Below are positions 14,501-27,500 of a stretch of 64,000 nucleotides of DNA, in pieces (position 1 is the stretch's first letter; each line of letters starts with the position of its first letter). The DNA comes from Octopus vulgaris. Its lineage: Eukaryota. The notes beneath the pieces were generated by a model, which saw only the letters and a program-made list of their open reading frames with translations, was not told the origin of the DNA and did no database searches. Where the stretch lies: positions 64,480,001-64,544,000 of the forward strand of contig OX597824.1 in the NCBI GenBank assembly GCA_951406725.2, in the 5' to 3' direction. The translations under genes were made by a program, and so were the position numbers.

Positions 14501-17500
14501 AAGAAGTGATGTCTTTCAAAATATGACAATGTTTTGGAACAAATTCTAGAATTTTAATATACATTCCCTTAAGTCCCTGGTGGCTAGTTCGGAGAAAGTC
14601 TTCAGTGATAACCTAGCAAATGAAACAGATGAGATTTAAGACATTTGTACATGATTGAATGTGTGTCTGTGTGTGCTATAATAGCCAATCAGTAGAGTCA
14701 TTACATTATCATATTCAATATTGAAAATAAGAGTAAGCACTCAATACATATAACAGAGTGAAATATTCATTGGAGTATAGTAGTTGCAATTAACAAATGA
14801 ATCTATGGCTTAAAGTTTAATTTCTTTTACTGCAGACACAAAAGTTTCACCATACATAAAGCAAGTGAGTTAACTACAACTATCACACACACACATGCAA
14901 ACATACTTAAGACTTACTTCCTCCATAAATGGTCTGGCAACATGCTTCCGGAATAATGCCTCAGCATCTTTTATTTTGTCAATCAAGGCATATGTTCGTA
15001 GACATTGTCGAAGAATATCAACATTGTTGTTGTCCAAACCTTCCAAGAAAGAACCTTCCAAACTATACTGCAGCGTACTGGTAATACTAGCAATTCTCTG
15101 AAAAATAAAAGAATGTTTCAAAGATGAAAATAAACACATTATTATTATTATTATAATTATTATTAACAACCCTTTCATTACCATATTTCTTTTGAAATAC
15201 ATTGCTTCTAATTCAATTAATTTTGAAAATAATGAAGAATTTAGTGAAATAACTGTCATTATTAAGCTGGTGTCTGGAACATAAATTAAACTGAAATTTT
15301 GATAGAAGCTTTAAATTTAGATCACTTTAAACAGTAAGTTTGTATCAAGGAACTAAAGGTTGGTTTCAAGTGGGTTGGTATCAAAAAGGGCCAAATAATT
15401 CTTTCTAGATAGTGAGGTAGCAGAAACAGCAGAATGTTGAACCAAAAACAATATAATATTTATTCCAACCCATATTATTCCAACTTTAAATCTTGCTTGA
15501 ACTAACTTTGCTTTTCATGTGTCTGAGGCTGATAAATTAATTACTGCCTGTGTATTGTGGCCAATTATTGTTTTCTTTTTCTGAACAACTTAAAAAACAA
15601 TGCCTATTTATATGACTCAACCTTTCAGATGTTGAGCCTGCAGACATACATCATTCAACAAGTGTCAATTACTAAACAGCTAGGCAGGTTACCAGATGTG
15701 TATGACATATAAACCCACAGTTAATTATATTGAATTTGGAAGGATAAAAAGCAAAGTTGACCATGGCACAATTTACACTTAGCATGTAAATGATTATATC
15801 TAAGTGGAATGGGTAGACCCAGGAAGATATGGGACAAAGTGGTGAGAAAGGATCTTCAGAAACTGAGCCTCACTGAGGAAGTGACAAGGGACTGGGAGAC
15901 TTAGTGATTTGCTGTATTTGATAAGACATGTCAAACTGAGTAAAATTGCAGTCTTCCACACATACAGGCTTTCCTTTCAGGTGCCAGTGCAACTTAAAAA
16001 GCACTTGTACCAGCGGCACATAAAAAGCACCCAGCGTACTCTGTTACATGGTTAGCATTAGGAAGGGCATCCAGCCATAGAAACCATGCCTCAACAGACA
16101 GCTGGAGTGTGGACAGCTCCCTGCTAGCCAGCTCCATGTCAAATCATCCAACCCATGCCAGTATGGAAAGTGGATATTAAATGATGATGATCATGATGAT
16201 AATGATGATGGCTGATTTCAAATTTTGACACAAGGTCAGCAAATTTGGAGGAAGGGGGCTAGCCAACTATATCAATCCCAGTACTCAACTGGTACTTATT
16301 TTCCAACCCCAAAAGGATGAAAGGTAAAGTCATAACATATTTTATCCACTTCCATCACAGCCTACAGCTTTGGTCAATTCAACTGATTAAATGACATATT
16401 TCCGGCCTTGTGTTTACGAGAAATCAATATTATCATTGTTGACTATAGGAAGAATTATTGTTATAGATTATAGATTTATGTTATATACAGATTATAAATA
16501 TCTGAATAACAAGAAAACACTTCAAAGTTTCACCCTGGTTTCAAATTTCAGCACATGGCCAGTAAGTTTTGGGGAAAGCTTAAGTCGATTACATGAACCC
16601 CAGTGCTCAACTGGTACTTATTTTATCGACTCTGAAAGGAAGAAAGGCAAAGTTGACCTTGGTGGAATTTGAACTCAGAATGTTAAGATTGACAAAATGC
16701 TTAGCAGAATTGTGTCCAGTGTGATAACAATTCTGCCAGTTCACTACCTTAACCCTGGTTTTAATATTGGGTACAAGTATGGCTGTTTTATTCACAACTG
16801 TGTGGTTCTCACTGTGCACTACCTTTTGGTTTATTACATGAATGGAATCAAGGATTCTTAAATTGAATATAAGAGCAATGACATTATATGATAATGCTAC
16901 TGTCTTTATTCTGAGCAATTCATAATTGTACTACTCCCATGTTGCACTATATTAGGTAAGTGTCTTCAAGCATAATCTCACTTCTATTCATGATGAGCTT
17001 GGTCTGCCATTTCCTTAACAGCATAAAACCAGTGTGTAGAATTGGCCTGGAAAGTTGTAGGGTCTTAAGAGATGGGTACATTATATGTATATTCTGACCT
17101 GAGTTGTGATAATAATCTACTGGTCTTGAATATCACGGATTTATCTCCTTCCATCAGATCAAACCAGCAAAACAAGAGAAAAAAGACCAAAAAACAAGGG
17201 AGTAATTAAGTATAAGAATTGAATTATTAGTTGACATTTACATTATCAATTTTATTCTTACTTACAGGTTTTACTTCTTCAACCAAAGGAAGACCTCGAC
17301 TTTTTGTGACATAAAACTGAAGTTTGTTAAACTCTGTAGCCACTCGTTCAATCAACTGACCATTCAGTCTAGAATTTAAAAGAAAAAAATAAAATGAAAA
17401 GAAAAAAAACAAACAAAAGTTAAGCAGGTATGGTTGTGTGATTAAGGAGCTCCCATTGCATACATGCTGTTTCAAGTTCAGTCCCACTATGTGGTACCTT

Positions 17501-17938
17501 GGGCAAGTGTTATCTAATATAGCCCTGGGTCAATCAATACCTTTGGTAGATAGAAATTGCATGGAAGCCCATTGTGTGCATATGTGTGTGCATATGTGTG
17601 TGTACATGTGTGTGTACATATATGTATGTATGTCTATAAACTGGCACTCAGTTGGTTGTGATGATAAGGGTTCCAGTTGATCCAATCAACAGAACAGCCT
17701 GCTCATGAAATTAACGTTCAAGTGGCCGAGCACTCCACAGAAACGCATACTCTTGATGTAGTTCCCAGAGAGATTCAGCGTGACACAGAATGTGACAAGG
17801 CTGGCACTTTGAAATACAGGTACTAGTCATTTTTGCCAGCTGAGTGGACTGGAGCAACATGGTCGCCGGGAATTGAACTCATATCTTACAATCATGAGGC
17901 AAATATCCTAACCACTAAGCCATGTGCTTTCACCGTGC

Positions 17939-17992
<54 letters not shown>

Positions 17993-18556
17993 TGTCTATG
18001 CCAGAAAAAAAGGCTTTTTCATTCGTCCTCTTGTGTGTTTGATTTCCTGTATCGTATTCTCTTTTTATTTTCTCGTTTTGTAATTATTTGTATTTTTTGT
18101 AAATGTATTTTTATTTTGCAGTTTTATTGTTACGTCCTGTTCGTGTACGTACTCATTTTGCCCCGCTGCTTGGAATTTTATTTTAATTCTCTCGCAGGAA
18201 GGCCTATTGAATTAGTGTTCTGTCTCTGCCTTCGAAACATGCTTGACTCCACTAGCGACAGCTGATGACGGGGGTTTTTTCCTTGTGTAGCTCGTCCTGT
18301 AACTGTTTTTTTCGTTTTCTTGTTTTTTGTTTTTCGTTTTCTTGTTTTTTGTTTTTCGTTTTTCTCATTTCTACGTCTTATTGTGGTGTCCTGTATTCAC
18401 GTATAATTATTTGTATATGCATGTATATATACATGTAGATGTAGGTACGTACATATATGTTTGTATGTATGCATATATTTTTATTTATCACTTATATATA
18501 TATATATATGTATGTATGTATACATATATATATAAATATATATTTATATATGTATG

Positions 18557-18588
<32 letters not shown>

Positions 18589-21500
18589 ATCATCTGTCAC
18601 ACTCTTTTTCAATCTAATGCACTTACCTACCACCCACCTTTCTGTTCCTTTATCCTTGTTCTCTATCTTTTATTCACTTTCTACCTTGACTTCACATATC
18701 TCTCTCTTTCTCTCTCTCTCTCACTCTCTCCTTTTCCAGATGAAGGGGCCATGTATTCACCACTTCAGCAAGACACCTGCTCCTGTCCTTCTTTCATACA
18801 TTCACATCCCTCAATACTATAACCCACTTAGGGTGGATATGAAGAAAAGCACCCAATATACACTGCAAAGTGGTTGATATTAGGATTGGCATCCAGTCAT
18901 AGAAACCAAGCCAAAACAGACAATGGTGCTTGGTGCAGCCCTCTGTTCAACACATCAATTCCTGTTGAACTATCCAACCAGCATAGAACAGGGACATGAT
19001 GATGGTGATATATATGTGCACAAGTGAACGTGTGTGATTTTGTTTGTACCTCCCCTCATTTTTGACAACCAGAGTTGATTTGTTTATGACCCCATAACTT
19101 AGTGGTTCGGCAAAAGAAACCATAAGTACTAGACTTCAAAAATAAGTACTGGGGTTAACTAAACACTCCAAAGCAATGCCCCAGCATAGCTGCAGGCCAG
19201 TGACTGAAACAAGTAAAAATCAACCTTAAAAAAAAAAAATCAAACTTAAAAATCAACAACTGAAACAAGTAAAAGATAGAATCAACAACAATTTTCAGTA
19301 ATGAAGAAAAAAATGGTAAAATGTTACAAGGAAAATATGAATATTCAAAGATTCAATTTGAAGATTGTTTGAAAAATAAAAATATTTACCTGGCACCAGA
19401 TGAAGGCTCCATGTTGTGTGTTAATCCCAAAAGTTTCTCTATCTTCTCAACTGACTGTACAATATTTATTAAGCCTTGTAAACAAGCCTAACAACAGAAA
19501 TAATGATAAACATTAAAAAAAAAAACATGCCAGATTTTGAAACCTCTTATTTTATTTTATTCTTTTTAAACTTTTTTAGCATTTAAACTACCATTTCCAA
19601 CTCAAATATTGTCTCTGTTTTATATTCAAACTGGCCAAACAATCACATCATCAAAATCTCAAAGCTGCAATATAATGCATGAGTAATTAAAAAAACTTGT
19701 GAATAAATAAGCATAACATTTGACTGAATAATCTGAATGCTAAAGGGTTAATGTCTTATTTTGTCTTTTAAATGCAATGACTATCACAAGTACTAAAAAG
19801 GTCATCCTTCTCCTACTGTACACTGCAGGATATCATACCACAGTATGCAATGGAGAGATGAGTGAGTACTGCCAACATACAACTATATTTAGAGGCCAGT
19901 TTGTATATTGTTGCCTATTTCACCTCTTTATCGTTATTATTATTATAAATTGCTAGCCTTGTAGCAAAATTTGAAACCATTATTATTATTATTACTACTA
20001 CTTTAAGGTAGTGAGCTGGCAGAATCATTAGGATACCAGGTAAAATGCTTAGCGGTATTTCGTCTGCCGCTACGTTCTGAGTTCAAATTCCGCCGAGGTA
20101 GGCTTTGCCTTTCATCCTTTTGGGGTCGATTAAATAAGTACTAGTTATTCACTGGGGTCAATATAATCAACTTAATCCATTTGTCTGTCCTTGTTTGTCC
20201 CCTCTGTGTTTAGCCCCTTGTGGGTAGTAAAGAAATAGGTATTTCGTCTGTCTTTATGTTCTGAGTTCAAATTCCACCAAGGTTGACTGCTTTCCTCCTT
20301 TCAGGGTCAATAAATTAAGTACCAGTGAAACACTGGGGCTGGTATAATTGACTGATCCACTCTTCCAAAATTTCAGGCCTTGTGCTTTTAATAGAAAGGA
20401 CTACTACGACTACTACCACTACTAAGGCAGCTAGCTGCAGAATCATTAGTGCATCCACACTATTTAGTGGTATTTCTTCAAGCGCTTTACACTCTGAGTT
20501 CAAATCCCAATGAGATCAACTTTACTTTTCATTGTTTCGAGGGCAATAAAATAAAGTAATAATGAAGAATTGAAGTCAATGTAATCAACTAACCTCTCTC
20601 ACCATCCATACACCTTAGAAAAATTGCCAGCCTTGAACCAAAATTGGAAACAGTTATTGTGCTCTATGTCTTATTGAGTAAAATGAGCTGAAAGAGCGGT
20701 ACTTGTGCATCCATCACCAAAGATACTCTTGCAGATATAAAGCAAACTTCCTCACACTGTGTTGTATTTTGTGCCAGCAGATAACCATGTCATACCCCAA
20801 CCCACTCGTGTTTTCCAGCATGAACTTCAATATTCACTGGATTCACAAAACAACAAAACTAAAGAAATGGTCAGTAAAATATTGAAGCTGAAACTAAATT
20901 TCAATACAGATTTTTGAAGCCTCGTGCTTGAATTTGGAAGGTGGAAGTTTCCATTGTGTGTGTACATATGTGCGTAAGTGCTTGTATCTCCTAACAGAGA
21001 AGAGGGAAATACTGAAGTGAAACCTTAATTTATGTATCAATACCAAAAGAATACCAGCAAATGATAGGGAATAGTAAAAAGATAAGAAACAGGATTTATT
21101 ACTCGTTGAAGATCTCCTAAGGAAGTTTGTTGTCGTTTAGTCCCAGGTCAGTCTGTCCAGATGAAGTAGTTTTATGATCAAAGACAGGCTATCCATAACT
21201 ATCCTACATTATTTTTAGACATTGCAGCCTGAATTTATCCAGTGTTATCCTTTTTATTAAGATAGTAAAGAGTGATCTGAGGGAGATTTTAGTTGCTATT
21301 TCTAGTAGGTTGAACAATGACAAAGATGTTCCATTGATGGTTTGTTCAAGATGGAAAGGGGTGGGGGGACAGTGATTTGTATTGTTAATGCCCAATGAAC
21401 TCTCAAAGGTCATTGATTGGAGAAAACAGGTCAAAGGTTGTGGAGGAAAATACAAAATTATTACCCACACGTGTGTGCATGCATGTACGATGACAGCTGA

Positions 21501-24500
21501 TGTGCTGACTGTCATAATAAATTACCTGTCAACATCCAATTGTCTGTGACAAGATCTAATATTTTTTTTGTTTTTTACTTTAACAGCCTCTGATAGCTGT
21601 TTCCATGCCAGTGCACAGGTTCATTGAGACTACCTTATACTCAACATTATGTTGGCACTAGATGTTTTACCAACATAGCTTTCTACATGTTCAGAAATAG
21701 TCAACAACTTAAACAACAAATGTGATTCATTTTTTTTTCAGTGAAAATTCAATAATCACACACTACTTTTATTATTTATTTATCTATTCACCAATTTTAT
21801 TTATTTATGACTTCATTATTATTTTTTTGTGAAGACGCATGGCCTAGTAGCTAGCATGTTGGATTCACAATCATAAAGTCATGGGTTCAATTCCTGGGTT
21901 AGATAGCATGTTATGTATTTGATCAAGGCTCTTCATTTAACATTGCTCTAGTTAGGCCTTGATGGAAACTGTGTCAAAATCCATCAAATGGATTACATCC
22001 ACAATTCTAGCCTTCTGCTATTGTGTCATGCTGATATGGTTTGGGAATTACAAGACAGCTGTGACTATCTGGTTACTGCATGCACCACCCTGAACTAGAA
22101 GTATCCAAAGTAGTCTTGTGGAACCCACTTTATGGTGATGTAAGGAGAGGAAAATGTTGTCACACTTACATTGACAGCCTGATCACTGACACTGGCCTGG
22201 AATGTATCCAGGACCTTGAGGTAGCGATGTTGGACCGAGAAGTGTCGTGAGTGAACTTTATTGCTGTGACCCATGTTGAAACCCGGCCATAATAATAAAT
22301 AATAATAAGGATATATATGTCTATGAAATACTCAGTCATTACTTCAAACCACTTAAATGTGAAGTAGAATGGTGTTGGTGCAGTACAGTAATGTATCATG
22401 ATGAAGGGCAGGCATGCTGAAGAGTTAAGAAATTGTTTTGTAATCATAAGACCTTGGGTTTGATCCCCAATGTATGGCATCTTGTGTGAGTGTCTTTGCT
22501 CTAACCTCAGATCAACCTAAGCTTTGTGAGTGAAACTGGGTAGACAGAAAGTGTCTGGAGGACCACTGAATGGATTGTACCAGTAACCCAAAGGTCCAGC
22601 CTTGTAAAATAGTGCTTAGGGTTTACATTAAGGATACATATGACTGTGAATACTCAGCCACTTATATGTTAATGCATGTAGCTGGACATTCGGTTAATGA
22701 AACAACTGAATGTTCATTGTCAAAACTAATGGAATTCATCAAGAACACCACACAACAATGGATAAAACAGTTTGAACATGTGACAATATGATAAGTAATC
22801 CAGCAATTTGATCTTTCTGCAATCAAAACTTATAACAAAAAGAAAGTTTTTTAATCTTGCAAAGGTTTTTTTTTTTGTTGTATACTTGGGACGGTTGTTA
22901 TGTCATCATATACACACACACAGGTTCTATTTCACTTCTCTTAATATTATTAATCAATTTGGTGATAGAGTCAAGCTGGCAGAATCATTAGTGTGCTGGA
23001 CAAAATGCTTAGTAGTATTTCGCCCATTGCTACCTTCTGAGTTCAAATTCCACCAAGGTCCATTTTGCCTTTCATCCTTTCAGGGTCGATAAATTAAGTA
23101 CCACTGAAACACTGGAGTCAATATAATCAACTAGTCCCCTCCCCACAAATTTGGGGCCTTGTACCTCCAGCAGAAAGAATTATTAATTAATTTGGTAACA
23201 ATATAACCAATTAACTAAAAGATTGTTTGTTTAATCATTTTGTCAATCAATCAATCAAATAGATGCACACAAGATCATCAACGACATGCTCTTGATGCTG
23301 TATTTATCTTTCTCACATCTTCATAAATAAAAATATAGAATCAGAAATCTAGAAGACAAACAGAACCAGAGTAGCAAGGACATGTCATTGAAGAGGTCAT
23401 AAAGGATTTTGATGAACCTTGCTGACTGACTGATGATCAAATGATTAATCAAACAATCAATTAGTTATTTAATAAATGGATAATTAGTTGACTTAGAATC
23501 CCTTCTATCTTAGGCATGCAGCCTGAAATTATGAGAAGAGGGGGCTAGCTGATTACATTGATCTCACTGCTCAACTGTTTCTTACTTTATTGACACCAAA
23601 AGGATGAAAGGCAAAGTTAATCTCAGTGGAATTGAACTAAGAATGTAAAGCTGAAAAAAAAGCTGCTAAACATTTGGTTTGGCACACTAACAATTCTGCC
23701 AATTTATTATTATTATTATTATTATGTTAATGATGATGATGATGATAATAACAATATGGCCTGCATAGCTTCTGACAGGTGCTGGCCCTCATGGCTTCTA
23801 ATCTTAACTGATTGAAAGTGTTATGTACGTTATTTTGTTTTGGTATAAAAGATGGGCAACAGCAAATATTCAGCTCAATACTATAGATTTGCTTGTCAGT
23901 TGTTTGACCATAACCATTTGAGCATGTCCCTTGGTGGCTGACAATATGTGCATCTCTGATCATGAGCAGAAGTAGTGGGCGAGCATCATAGCCGTGTGTT
24001 GAGAGGGATTCTTTGGGGTTTGAATAATTCACCTCTGGAAACATGAGTGGTTTGTTCAACATCCTTAAACAATCCTTATTCAGGGACATTTTGAGCAGGA
24101 TGGGCTACTCAACCAGAAGAAAATTCTAACTGGACCCCCCTTGCAAGGTCATGCACTGTTTATCTTGATATGAGATCCCCATGTCGTGCACATATGGTTG
24201 TGATGCATGTGCCTGGTGTATCCTTATCAGATGGGTAGTCATGATAGGTATACTGGGCTTCATATATTTTACCCCAGTGCAGTGGCGTGCGGTGACTTCC
24301 GGCGTTGGGCATGCAATTAATTTCATTGCCCCCTGCCCCCCGGCAATTTTTCAGTAAAACATTTTCGTATTCCTACGATTTACATATAAGAGATTCTGAA
24401 TATGCAGAATAAACAGGGAATAAAAAATGGCTGTGCAGAGATGATCCTGAAATAAGTGTATTGTTTGTATTATTCTTTGCTCTTCGAAACGTCAGTACTT

Positions 24501-27500
24501 TCCCATCCTCATTCTCCCTTAGAAAAGTCTAAAAATCATAAGTGAAATGTAATAAAGATGAAATTGGATTCTGTCAATATTTTTGCATATTCAGAATCTC
24601 TGTTAAAGGTAGGAATCCGAAAAAAATTTTCACATAAATTCGTTTTTCAAAGGGGTGCGATTCTGCATTAGCCCCTATACCTATCGGTTGAGCTGAATGA
24701 AATGATTTAATTAAAAGAACACATTTAGTTACATTACATGGCCATGGTTTTAGATTCGTTACGCTCTCGAAGACAAGTCAGGTTCTTTATCATGCTACTT
24801 GTCAATTCCGGGAAAATTATTGACTGTTCTGAGACTTACTGAACTCCGTACATTGAAGGACTACGTCTCACGCACAAACATTGAAAATACACGCATATAC
24901 ATGAATACGCACACAATGAAAGACAGCGAAAATTCAACATTGTAAAAAGCCTCCCAAAACTGTTGTGGCAGAAGTCAACATCTCTGAGATTGAAACAAGA
25001 CACTTATTGAAAGTGAAACAAAACACTTATTTACGGCCGTAAATAGACTACACCCAGCAGCACAGAAAGGGAAATCTATGTAGGTAGGTTTCACGAAGAA
25101 ATCAAAACATTTCTCCTGCGAAACAATACTGATGTAAGAAGGTCGAACCTTACGTTATAACAAACACTAAGCAAAACCTGTAATATATGCTCTTTAATAT
25201 ATATTTTTTTTTAATGTTTTAAAATGTTACTTAGCTCATTTATAAATTAATTAAATTCTTCGATCTTTCTGGGCAAATATATCTATCACATTTTCATAGA
25301 AATCTTCTCTTTTCATCAATTCTTGTAATAAATCTTTTTCAATTGACATTAGTGCTAACCCAGACAGTCTTCTTTCTCCTGTTCGCATTTCTTTGGTATG
25401 TTTTAATTCTACTTAATGCAGAAAAGGATCGCTCTACAGAAGCAGTGGTAGACAGAATTGTCAAAATCAACTTGCACAGATTGAAGAGTTCTGGCATAGC
25501 TTCAACAAGATCAGTGCTGTTAATGTAACTCATTAAATGACTTACACTTGGTTTTTTAAAATCGTTCATTGAATACATCACATTGAGCTCACTTTGTAAT
25601 CGTATTACATCAAAAAATCTGCCATAAGTTGTTCTTAAAGAATCTAAAGAGTCCACAGGAAATTGTTTGCAATACTCATCAACTTTGTTGAAATTCAAAA
25701 GTTCCATGAATTTAAACTCTTCTAAGGATGAATATCGTGCTTTTATTTGGTCAACTATTGTACTTATAATTTTGTTATAAAGCGTTCTATAATGTCGTTG
25801 GGGATCAATAGATATATTCTTGGATCTCTGAATTCCGATTCCTGCATCGACTCCATATTTTTCCCCTAACCTATCATAAAAGACTGAAAAATTATCAAGT
25901 TTGTTTTCGAGTACAGTTCTAGTTTTATCTATTTGCTGTTTACAATACACTATGTCATGACTTTTACTCTGGAGTATGTTAAATAAGACGTCAGTAAAAG
26001 AAAAAATGTCACTGAATACCTCTAACAAAAATAAGAAATCAGGAGCTTTTAAAGTGTGTAAGAATCCAATTGCTGAATTTATGGTGGTCTCATCCCATGC
26101 TTCAGGATTTTCAATGATGTGTTCAAAAAGGCTGATTATGAAATTATAATTTTCCTTTGTGGTAATAATAAGACGTGAGGAGTAATTCCATCTAGTTGCT
26201 GTTGCTTTCGGAAATCTTTTTTTAACAATATTATCTAATGCATTAGTCCTTTTCGGTGATTTCGTAAAAAATGTACCGAGTCCATTTATTGTAGAAAAAA
26301 ATATCTTGCATTCTTTCATAGCAGAGCATGATTGTGAAAGAACTAAATTTAGGATATGGGCACAACAATGAATAAAGATCGCACATTCATATTTCTTTCT
26401 TACTTTTGCCTGTAACCCATTTAGTTGTCCTGCCATTGTAGCGGCACCATCATATGTCTGCGCAATCAATTTGTTTCCACATTCCCACGTCTCAATGCAT
26501 TTAAAAGCATTTGCAGATCAATCTGCACTAACATCACTAAAACCGATAAATCGTTCTTTCGTCACACAGTCTTCTGTAACATAACGTAAAACTGTTGACA
26601 GTTGTGAAGATGCTGAGACATCAGATGTCTCATCAACAAGAATAGAAACAAACTTAGCTTGGTCAATTTCCTTCTGCATCTCATTCAACATAACTTTATG
26701 AATTGCTTCAATCAAGTCATTTTGAATTCTGTTCGACAGACCAGTGAAGATAGAAGCTGTATCTAAATGACTTTCCATTTGTTTGTCATACTTACTGATC
26801 AAATAAACGAGTTCTTTATAATTTCCCCGATTATTAGAGCCTTCAGATTCAAAATGACCCCGAAACGATAATTCCTGGAGGCCTAAAAAAATAACAACAT
26901 CGATCAATCGTTGCAGAATGGATCTGTTTCGTCGAACTTTCTCATTATGCTGTTGTATGCTTTGATTTTTACGTGCATCTAATTGTAAGTCTATGCGAAC
27001 ATTCCCGAATATTTTAAGGTCTATCAAACATTTTATATGCCTTTGAGAACGCTCGTGCTTTAGCATAGCCATATGTAAATTATTTAAATCATCATAGCCT
27101 TTATCATTCCAAACATTTTTTTCTAAGCCAAAAAGTAAACACGGCCAACAGAATAATTTATTAAGAGCAACACTTCCAGTTAACCATTTCTTCTTTTCAT
27201 ACGAATTAACCTGAAATTGTCTCGTGAATTTCTTGTTGTAGCTTCGCAAATCAGGTAAATTCGGTGTTGGTCTCCCGCGATTTATAATTAATTTTTTCCC
27301 ATCGAAGTCCCTTTTAGAAAAACTAGTTCTCAAAATATCGTTTATAGCACACATTTCACTCATTTTGAAAAAGGCTGCTCTTATTTAAGGACCCACGTGG
27401 AAGCGCCGGCGTAAATTTTAAGTCAATTTCAACAAAACGGAAAAATACCCTTTGTTAAATTAATTTAAGATTAATTAGCTATTTCTGAAATAAGAAATAT

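Noticed and set aside
18205-18300. GAAAC and CTGATGA near each other in an interspersed repeat
   Set aside because: No valid hammerhead fold could be built: no GAAA follows CUGAUGA, and there is no NUH with stem I in the type II arrangement.
17833-18877. ORFs rich in YI/CV/SL repeats (also 44240-44829, 51978-52446, 53790-54349)
   Set aside because: These are translations of microsatellites and SINEs, not genes.
21586-21632. Minus-strand GAAACAGCTATCAGAG, hammerhead-like
   Set aside because: The upstream core reads TCAATGA and stem II is misregistered; support is insufficient.
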